Assembly (NCBI GenBank): GCA_976226885.1
Contig: OZ320321.1
Coordinates: forward strand, 55,800,001-55,864,000
Length of the DNA stretch: 64,000 nucleotides
Reading direction: 5' to 3'
From: Iphione sp. A-MEVVRFRX5
Lineage: Eukaryota
The translations under genes were made by a program, and so were the position numbers. The notes below the pieces were generated by a model, which worked only from the letters and a program-made list of their open reading frames with translations, was not told the DNA's origin and did not search any database. Below are positions 27,601-36,750 of the stretch, piece by piece (position 1 is the stretch's first letter; every line of letters begins with the position of its first letter).

Positions 27601-28414
27601 TTCCGATCCTGGATAATGTTGTTCTTAATCTACGGTCATTAGGTACATTCTTATATACGAATAATATTCCTTTATGTTAATAACGAAAATTATTTTCTTA
27701 CATAAGTCTTTATCCGTTGAAATTATTCCATCTTAACTAGACTAGTTGCTGGGGTTAATGTAAAATTTTGCCATCATTCATATTCTCTTAATGTTAGGAG
27801 TAAATATCACCATGCTTATGATTATTTTCTTACTTCCCTTATAGGTTAGAATAACGTAAGGATACGATAATGAATAGTAACGTAACTTAGACTACGATAA
27901 TCTCTTTCGTATTTTGTCACTATAGTCTAATTGTTTTTGTGTACTTCTCAGCCATTAAAAGAGGTTACTGCTGGCAACACAATTAAGGATTCGAATAATG
28001 ACTGCGTATAAACGTATGCACAACGTCTATAATATCTTTGCAAGCGTAAATGTATTGCACATTTGTAAACACATTTGTTAGTGAAGGTTTAGTTTCCGAC
28101 GTACAGTTACACTATTTATAGGACTAAACGTTAAGGAAATTTTATGAAAGGCAGATGGTCTGGTTAATGACTAAGGGACAGTACTTGTTGCCAAGGACGA
28201 GCGTTTGTACAGGAAAGTCTTCTTGCAACCCTCATGAGCCTCATGAACAACAACATATAAATATTTTGCCCATCACGAGTACCTCTGGCGGTTATATATA
28301 TATAACCAAATTTCTATTTAGGTCCTTTCTTCTTTATTGAATTTTATAGCTGTCGTCGAAAAATGTACACCAGTAACTTCGGCAGTATAAGGATATAGTT
28401 TTCCTGGCACTCAC

Positions 28415-28851
28415 ATCCAGACTCACACACATGCAGTCATATCCCGGCCATTCTCTGAACTACCCGAATCCCATCCCAACTGGAAAAGAAAGCCGGACCA
28501 GTGGCTGTCTGTTGAGGTAAAATATGTTCTAATTATTATGGTAGGAAGTCCACCACCCAGTCACGTGTCTATGTATATGCCTCGTTATCGCCGAACTATA
28601 TAGCGCCACCAAGCAGGCTGGCAGGATTCCACCTGCAAATCGGCGCCACATCTGCATAAGACGGAAGGGGGATGGATGGGTGGGTGGGTGGGGGGGTACG
28701 TTATGTAACTAATTAATCCCATACCCGAAGATTGTCGCAATCATCTATGGTCATTAATACGTTGCGTATATAAAAGTAATCGGGAAGGGAAAAACGTTCC
28801 TGCGTAAAAGACACCTGATATTTTTTTCGGCCAATAGTTCGCCATGGCAAC
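28415..28851 (-). promoter_or_regulatory. Possible internal promoter and short leader exon upstream of module A
   Basis: CTATATAG at 28596-28603, E-box cacgtg at 28562-28567, CCAAT at 28831, RFX X-box-like GTTCGCCATGGCAAC at 28837-28851. Two GTGAGT donors 12 nt apart (exon ends 28427 and 28415), both phase 0 relative to an ATG at 28432. Motif evidence only. Confidence 0.25.
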
Positions 28852-30542
28852 AATAACAATGAACACTTATTACCCAATACTATGTCTGCTGTAAAGGGGA
28901 AATAACTGAAAATATATATTCTCACCGAGGAGTCTAATTAACATCAAAATGACAAGCGCGAAAGGACTAATCTGGCCACAACATTTCATTGCTCCAAACT
29001 GTGAATGCCTTTACCCGCTCTGTGAACTTGTTTGTCGATATTTCATACAAATGGAAATTGGATATAACATGCATGCATTCGGATTAGTTGAGAGAGAGAA
29101 TCGCCGTATACATAACAGTCCCTATAACAACTAGCCAATATCCCCCCCCCCATTCCCCGTGTTCTTTCTCTCTCGCATGCATTATGATTCATTCAGAGCA
29201 CATCTTTCCATAGAAATATAATGCGCATGGAACTCAAACAATAAGGATCAAACTGAAGCTATAAACTACACACATGGAGCCAGTTAGGATATAATAGGAC
29301 CCTCGGCTACATTAACAGGGTTTTTGTTTTAGCACTACAGCTGATCTTGGCCTCTAACAGATCTCATAACGTGTCTAATTTTTATGGTTTATACACAATG
29401 ATGGCGAGGGTGATCGTGACCATGAAATCTTTCTCTCTGCTTCACGTACTCATATGTACAACCAGACCGGGTTTGTCTGATAAAACTACGACCAGTGAAC
29501 GGTGGCAACCGCCCAAACATTGGTCGAAACCAGACAGACTGTCTAAAAATCGTCTCTCTTGGGGGGGAAATGAAAAGCGGAACGGAAATCCCACTTTGTT
29601 TTGCCACTCTTGTACATGTATGTAATTTACAGCCTAGACAAAATTTACACTTTCAGTCGCATCTGGGAAAACGTATTATCCGAAGTACACGTCGTTCATA
29701 TATACCGTTTAGTTTTTAAGGAGTCGCATCATAACAGTGTGGATTCATATGATCTCAGACTCGGACATATGTTGGTGACACACTTGGTGAGCCCCTCGGG
29801 CTTAGGCCAACGTGTTAACAGTATGTGGTGACTGTGCTCCGCCCATCTCGGTTCGGGAGTCCATTTATATTCCTTATAATAGACCCGGGGACATTGTTTC
29901 CCATAGACCTCGTCGTCTACGCCCCTCCTACCACTTCTCTATCAGATTGTGGCTGTGGTAGTATGCAGTGCAGACGAAGCTGGTCGACCCGAGAGTCATT
30001 TGTCGACCAGTATCAGAGGTCACTCACTGAAGAGGCAGATACCCGGAGTCACCGTGAGTACGCATTGAGTTAATCTTTAGGCTCAAGTTTGGGCTTTTCT
30101 GTCGTCTTAATCGTGCCGGAGCACGCATTTGTAAACCAAGAGCGCAGAGAATGCATTCAGGACGCTTGTTATCAGTTTCATTGTTACGATTTCAAGCGGT
30201 TTGTCTGACCCTACCTGATCGGATGGCTTGCCAAATCACTTGATTTTTTTTCCCTTTTGCCATCGCCTTCCGCAAATTAAAGTGTTTGAAAACGGGTTTC
30301 AGGCCTATGATATTGTGAAACACAAGCCAGCTCTTTTATCACAGACATCATCGTGGACGATGGTGGCGCCTCCATGTTTCTTGTCTCATATTCAGTAAGG
30401 CAACTAATCATTACCATGGCTAAGTGTCGGGTGGTCGGTGGTTCAGTTGTCTCTTGAATTCTGGTCAGCATTGTTCGTGTTGCGAGAGTGTTTGCTTCTT
30501 GTCCAAGCTTCTAGAATTGGCCATGTGTGGCGGGCGACACCT

Positions 30543-30548
30543 TTTATT
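30543..30548 (-). terminator. Candidate poly(A) signal (AATAAA) for nAChR module B
   Basis: AATAAA on the - strand ~160 nt after the module B TGA. Confidence 0.45.
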
Positions 30549-30706
30549 AGTTTCGAGTGCACAGCATGTCAGCCAGTAGCACCGCATCAAGGAAGGCAGA
30601 TGAAAGAAAATTTACACAAAATGAAAAACAACAAAAAAACCCACCCAGCCCGATGAACCAGTGTTACTGCAATAGCGACTGCCTGCGTCTCTTTTGCATT
30701 TTGTTT

Positions 30707-31153
30707 TCACGCCTTGGGGAAAATGGTTGCCAGGGAAACAATAATCGTACACAGGTACATAAAGAAGAAAAGCCGGTCTAATACTCTCGCGACTATTCTC
30801 CACTCTTTTGCAACTTTCCCTTGAGCGTCCTTGTCATTTAATCGATTTATAAATGTCCGGAGGATCCGTCTGATTTCTTTAATGTCATTTTCTATGGCTT
30901 GATTATGCAAAGGAGAATAGTCCGGTGTGGCGTGGGACCGAGAAGACGGCCCACCGTCCCTGTAGTCAAACACAGGCGCTTGGAATTTGTTGTACGGAAG
31001 GTCTTTACACTTGATCTTTGCTTTGCGATCTTTGCTGTGTTTACTGTGAGCCCCGTCTAGGCTCAAGGTGTGATGTTCTTGCCGGGAGACCTCGTTGTCG
31101 GTTACGACCTCACTGCGCATGCACAGGATGCGAGCGAGGCCATCTACCATCAC
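30707..31153 (-). CDS. nAChR module B, terminal exon (VMVDGLARILCM...EWRIVARVLDRLFFFMYLCTIIVSLATIFPKA*)
   Basis: atttccag acceptor, phase 0; 447 nt to TGA; M4 motif; homologous to 21280-21735. Confidence 0.95.
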   Translation of the reverse strand: MMVDGLARILCMRSEVVTDNEVSRQEHHTLSLDGAHSKHSKDRKAKIKCKDLPYNKFQAPVFDYRDGGPSSRSHATPDYSPLHNQAIENDIKEIRRILRTFINRLNDKDAQGKVAKEWRIVARVLDRLFFFMYLCTIIVSLATIFPKA

Positions 31154-31551
31154 CTGGAAATACGAAACCAAATGACATAAGTGTCTCAGTGTACAAACAC
31201 GTATATATATAAAATAAATATGCGTGCGCACGTGTACACATGTGCGACCGGAAGCGCATTCGTGCAAGCGCGTACGTGTACACGTAGACCTACTGACCTT
31301 GACGGATCTGACCCCAAAGGCATACATTTCCGTGGAACTCAAATCCGTGTTCAATGTCAGATTCTTGTGCAAGATTTTAGTCAGTTAAGTGTATCACCAA
31401 ATGAATCTGGAGAGAGATACCTCGCAATACACACCACTAGTTGGAACGTTGCAATTAGAGTTCTTCATGTCTGGTTACTTTAAACAGCCAATATAAATAC
31501 TTGTACGCACGTATGTAATTGTAAAATGTGTACATGTAGCAATAAACTTAC

Positions 31552-31670
31552 CCGTTTGAGCCACTTCGGCACTCGGCTACGTTTGTCACCTCTAAAGTAG
31601 AGGTTTATCACGATGACGGATAAGAACGTCGAGAGTGTAATAAGAATCATATTTAAACAAAAGTATGCCC
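31552..31670 (-). CDS. nAChR module B, M3 exon (GAYFCLNMILITLSTFLSVIVINLYFRGDKRSRVPKWLKR)
   Basis: ttcatttcag acceptor and CGG|gtaagt donor; 119 nt. Confidence 0.94.
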
Positions 31671-33151
31671 CTGAAATGAAGAGAAGAGCACGTCAGGGGA
31701 TTACACAGAAAGCATCATATCACATCTAAATCAAGGCATATAGTTCTACGACTTGCATTCTGTGTAAACTTGACATAGCTGCATATGATTTCAGTAATTA
31801 CATATTCACTTATTTCTTTTGGGTACACTTATTGTCGCTCATGCTCTGATATACTTCAGGGCTTTTCAAACGCTAAGGGTGAAGATATATTTACGAATGA
31901 ACTTAAGAAATTTGGGAGCACGCATTTAAAGCTACATGAATGTATATAAGTCGTCACCTCCTACCAGACAAAAAGAAAGGCAAATTCAAAGTAGGCGAGG
32001 GGGTACCGGGAATGGCTTGTCTTTGGTATACTTTACGTAAAAAACGGAGGACACCAAGCACAGACATGGAACTTGGTATGGAAATGGGAGAAAAATGATC
32101 GAAACATTTCGCCTGCAATATTTGGTCCTAATGGAAGCAATGTGAACCAATCGAAACGGGGGTCACAGAAACATATCCATATATATATATGTATCACAAA
32201 TTAGGTGATCTAATATGAAATATAAACCTGTGCACCGATGTCCCCACTTTCACCCTTTGCTATGAAATACTTGCCGGTGGACGCCTCCAAGCAACCTTGT
32301 CGTGTCAGGAACACAGTCGAGGAAGCTACCTGGATGTTACTACAGTGCTGACCGTTCGTACCATTACCATTTAAAGGACACTTTCCGACTAATTTGGTCC
32401 GAAAATAGACCTGTTGTTTTGCACAAAATAGCCACAATTTTTTTTCATGTCACCTGTTATACTGCCTCAGACGTGGCGTGTGCATCCTGTTGCATTATTA
32501 GGTTTTCCTCCTATTCGAAGTTTCTGTTGGCTCGTCTCAATTTTGATGATATAAATTTTGTCCGAACCCGCCGTCTTTCCAAGAAGCTGACTCAGCCACT
32601 CAAGTCTGCTGCACTTATGGAGTTTCAGAATTTGTATGCTCTCTTTACATTCACATATCCGTATGCCGCATACAGAATAGACCTGGGTTATCCATGGATC
32701 TCCCCAGGTATAATTCGCAATGCACACAAGTGAAAAATATCACTTCTAAATTATATCGTGGGAAATGACACCATAATTTCCAATTGGTATCTGATGTTTT
32801 GAAATGTATGCTATAAAAGTGTGATAAGAAATAGTGACACCCCATGCGCTGAGCAGTGTGGCAATTGCTACCTTAGGTGGTTAGGACTATCCCTTCAGCA
32901 AACAAATATACCCTAACGGAGGGATAGGGGAAGCACACGGGATAGTATTTCAGTGTGCATAGAAGTGAATATGTTATCATCTAGTTTCAGAAAAAAGTAT
33001 ATATTTCCCAGTAATGGTTTCCAAATAATGTCATCATGCGTGCGCTTCTGCTTGACTGAGAAAAGGGTCATCGTTAAGATTTAAATGAAACGTTCCAACG
33101 GAAAGGGCAAAAATAATGAAGTTATTATGGACGTCGTAAACCCGTTCCTAC

Positions 33152-33238
33152 CTATGAGCGGCACGGAAGAGGCGGCGGGTGGCGTAGAGTCCGCAAGTAG
33201 TAGGAGCAACAAGAAAAATGCCACAAATATGTTCATAC
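33152..33238 (-). CDS. nAChR module B, M2 pore exon variant b (GMNIFVAFFLLLLLLADSTPPAASSVPLIG)
   Basis: ctctttacacccag acceptor and TAG|gtagga donor; 87 nt, phase 1/1, no stops. Absent from the ORF track. Confidence 0.9.
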
Positions 33239-33467
33239 CTGGGTGTAAAGAGGAGACAACAGGAGAGTGGCGTCAATGAGCACGGTCAAAAAACCAGGCA
33301 TGAAGTAATAGTTAACACAATGAAAGACCTAACAAATGATAAGTAACCAACTAGGGGGGCGACGAACGGTGCACACCCACAGGGCGCTAAAGGTCTCCAC
33401 GGCATGAGGACGAAAAAAAAAAAAGACAGTACAACCCTGCACGCCGCCTACAGCAGCCTGTGTACAC

Positions 33468-33490
33468 GCGGCGGCGGCGGCGGCGGCGGC
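33468..33490. repeat. (GGC)n/(GCC)n trinucleotide run just downstream of the M2a donor
   Basis: gcggcggcggcggcggcggcggc is directly visible. Confidence 0.85.
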
Positions 33491-33523
33491 ACGAGAGGAG
33501 TGGATGAAACCGGGTTGGCCTAC

Positions 33524-33610
33524 CTATGAGAGGTATTGATGACGCGGCCGGAGGTGTAGAATCCGCTAGCAGAAGTAGCAAGACGAAGAAGGCCACAAAT
33601 ATGTTCATAC
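33524..33610 (-). CDS. nAChR module B, M2 pore exon variant a (GMNIFVAFFVLLLLLADSTPPAASSIPLIG)
   Basis: ctctaccctgtgcag acceptor and TAG|gtaggc donor; 87 nt, phase 1/1. Confidence 0.9.
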
Positions 33611-34298
33611 CTGCACAGGGTAGAGGGAGGTAACCAATATGAGGTTGGATCGCAAAATGTTTTTGTTTTGGTTTGGTTTTCGCTTTTCTGTTCTCCTTTC
33701 TCGTTTATTTATTTTTTTTTCAATGAAAAAATGTCTTCAAAGGGGATTTTTTTCACTATTTGTCCCACCACAGGCCCAATTTGGAACATTAATCATAATG
33801 AATATGATTTCGATGTGTAGCAAATACATTCGACGTGTATTGATTAAATTCAGAATATACTAATTATCTTACGGCGAAGGCCTGGACCGAGAACGTGCTT
33901 CTGTTAACACTGATCATTCTCTATTAGTCTGGAAAATGCCATGCTAGTTGCACAAGCATATTGCTATTACTGGATACTGATTGTAAGATTTTATATAAAA
34001 GGTTAATATCTTTTTTGGGTAACTATCAAAATTCAAGGAATTTTTTTCCGCATGGACTTTTGACCGAATGTTTGAAAATTGGAACATAAATTACATGCAA
34101 GGGGGAATGTATATGGACCTAATGGATTGCTTGCTTGATTGGGCTGTACGTATCCAAATTTTTGTCGTGAAAATTTTGTCTATATGAGAAACATAAAAAT
34201 AGTTTCAAACAGTGTAACGTAGGCCCCTAATGTCTTACGTGGATGAGAGAAAAGGTCTCAGAGAAAGGAATGGTATGGCCCTCAGGAGTATAAAGCAG

Positions 34299-34364
34299 GT
34301 CGACATGGGCGTATCACATTGATCTGAACCGGAACCAGATCAAGAAATGTGTCGTCATGCCGAC
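34299..34364 (-). other. 66-nt imperfect RNA hairpin (~23 bp, 9-nt loop) in the intron before the twin M2 exons; pre-miRNA-sized
   Basis: GUCGGCAUG/CAUGUCGAC (9 bp incl. one G-U), CG/CG, CACAU/AUGUG and UGAUCUG/CAGAUCA stems around the loop GUUCCGGUU. Confidence 0.5.
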
Positions 34365-35476
34365 AGCAAACGAAGAAAATAAGTGGCTTGTGAACATATT
34401 ACAATCGAACAACGGCACTACAACACATACCGAAAGGAACGTTTGAGAGACCTCTCGTCGGGTCAATTATCTACTCCAAACAAAGCCCCCGGTTTGAAAT
34501 GCTTTGTGCCCCAGTACATATGCACAAGGTGATTTTGACTCAAATGAAAAAAAATCCCGTGAATATGAAGCAACTCTAGCAGCCGTTGGGTTCAAGTTTT
34601 TCTTCATGCTGGGATAGTGTTGATAATTCTGATATGGAGTGCAGGGGCAGAACCTGGGGTTTACGTACTGCATTTAAGCCGAGGACTCGTTTGCTTGCTA
34701 GGCACAAACTGTGAAGTGTAAGACCGTCGTGCCCTCTCTAGATTGATTCTATGAACACCTCTTCATTTACCGTCCATCAAATTGTTTTATATGGTATAAA
34801 TTCATCTGGCTTTATATTCAGTCGAAATGAATTGAAAGGAAAACTCTATACTACTATTACTTACATAAGACCAACCCGTTCAACCAACGGAGTAGCGTAA
34901 TAACTGAATTCTAAACTACGAATTTTGGTTCATTTCAGGATTTCAGAAGTATTATATCAATACACATATTAATGAAATGATCCGAAATTTACCTATCATT
35001 CATCGTCTTTCTACAAGTTACATAACAGATGTTTTAAGTATCAACTTACGGGCGAAAATGAATCAACCACAGTTGAACTAACTTCAGGGGCAGATTTCCA
35101 GGAATATTATTTTGTAAATAGACCCTTTACTTATTCTTGCAAATTCACTGATGCAATTATGTATCCTGTTTTTGCTTTCTTCGGATAAACAAATTTGTAA
35201 TTATAACTGTTAACATCGATTCCCAGTTGTTTAGTTTCTGAGATAATTTGTTCGCAGTTGATTCATCCTAGGCAGTCGTTTCATCCAAAATCGTAGTTAT
35301 ATCAATTCACAGGCGATATATTCTGATGTTCCTTTGCCTATATGTCAGTTTTCAAGTGGCCAGCCAAGCTAAGTTAAGCTTTACCATGAGAAATACTTAA
35401 ATGTGCGATTTTGGATTGAAAGTCGTGCCCAACGCTCGCCAAGAATGTATACCGTAATAGAAGACACACCACTTAC

Positions 35477-35931
35477 CTAGAATCATTTTGGCCGGTGACT
35501 CTGGTGGGAGCCAGAAGACTACCAGAGTCAATGAGGATAACAGCACACATGGCAATATTAGGATGTAGTTGTAGAAGGCAGCAATACGCTTTAGCTGCAG
35601 GGTGAAAGTCAAATCTGGATATGGCTCCTCACAGCACGGATAATACTTGACGTTCTTCTTGGCCGGATGGCCTAGAAGAGCCCATTCGTTGCTCTCGATG
35701 TAGTCACTGACGTCAACCTGTTCAAGGCCGTCGTAGAAGTCGATGTCGAGCTTAAAGCCATCGTAGGTCCACGAGCCGAACTTGAGGTGACATACTTGTT
35801 CATCGAAGGGGAAGTGGGTGATGTCAATGGAGCAAGTTGATTTGAAGATGGCCATAGGAATCCACAATACAGTGCCATCACTTGACACTACAGCCATAGC
35901 CTCCCGCTGCTCCTTCAGGCGAGTATCGGCA
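35477..35931 (-). CDS. nAChR module B, Cys-loop/loop B/loop C/M1 exon (CSIDITHFPFDEQVC; FGSWTYDG; YYPCCEEPY; ...LPPESPAKMILG)
   Basis: Acceptor aaaacag preceded by a (TC)n tract and TAG|gtaagt donor; 455 nt; alpha-type vicinal cysteines. Confidence 0.96.
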
Positions 35932-35940
35932 CTGTTTTTT

Positions 35941-35944
35941 AGAG

Positions 35945-35989
<45 letters not shown>
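35941..35989. repeat. (GA)n microsatellite, serving as the polypyrimidine tract of the module B large-exon acceptor on the - strand
   Basis: About 24 GA units ending ~8 nt from the acceptor AG. Confidence 0.95.
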
Positions 35990-35992
<3 letters not shown>

Positions 35993-36640
35993 TCCAAGTT
36001 GAGTACAGGAATTACAATCGAATGTAACCGACAAGATTATGAACTAGAGTACGTTATACAGCAAGGCTAATTAGCTGAGTATGATTCTTACGACGAGAGT
36101 CGCATTACTGTGAAATCATTCATATCAGCAGGAAAATCACTTCAAGAAATGAGCGAAATTTCGCGTGTTGAATTTTTGAAAGTCGCTTCAAAACTTTTCA
36201 AAGTAATATGACTCCACCGTATCTGTTAACCCAAGATAAATAGTTTTTTTTTCGATGAAGAAACAAGCAACTTTCCTGCATCACCGGTAAAGCGATACTG
36301 AATTACATGTATCTCACATTATTGCATATTGAACTGAAGAAGTATACCGAGTCTGCATGCATTAACACTCCAGATCATTCCACATTACTGTATTTCAAGA
36401 CAAAAATTAATCTGCTTAAATTTCCACGCGAGTGATATGAATTATTCCGCTTCATTGAATTTTGCAATGAAGAAACGTTAAGTCCACACCTATTAACTGT
36501 TCCAGGATTACACATAACACGTATCATTCCACTATACTTTGGTAGATATATTCTCACTCTATATTTTGGATCATGAAGACAATATGTTAAGGTGGCTTAG
36601 TTCAGATTCGTCAACAGAAAGAGCATTTCTCTAAACGTAC

Positions 36641-36750
36641 TAGTTATATAGAACAATGTCCGGTGTCCATATTTTCGTTGCAGGCACGCGAACGTGATCG
36701 ACCCCGCCGAAGTCCTCAGGATTCCAACGTAGTAGAATATCATTCCACAA
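36641..36750 (-). CDS. nAChR module B, first exon of the module ([37 protein letters not shown])
   Basis: cttttattcag acceptor (phase 0) and CTA|gtacgt donor; 110 nt; loop A motif. Not in the ORF track. Confidence 0.94.

Noticed and set aside
29490-29548. LVSTNVW on the - strand as a remnant of a module A loop-D exon
   Set aside because: Flanked by stops within a few codons, no DEKNQ/RPV context and no good donor; consistent with chance.
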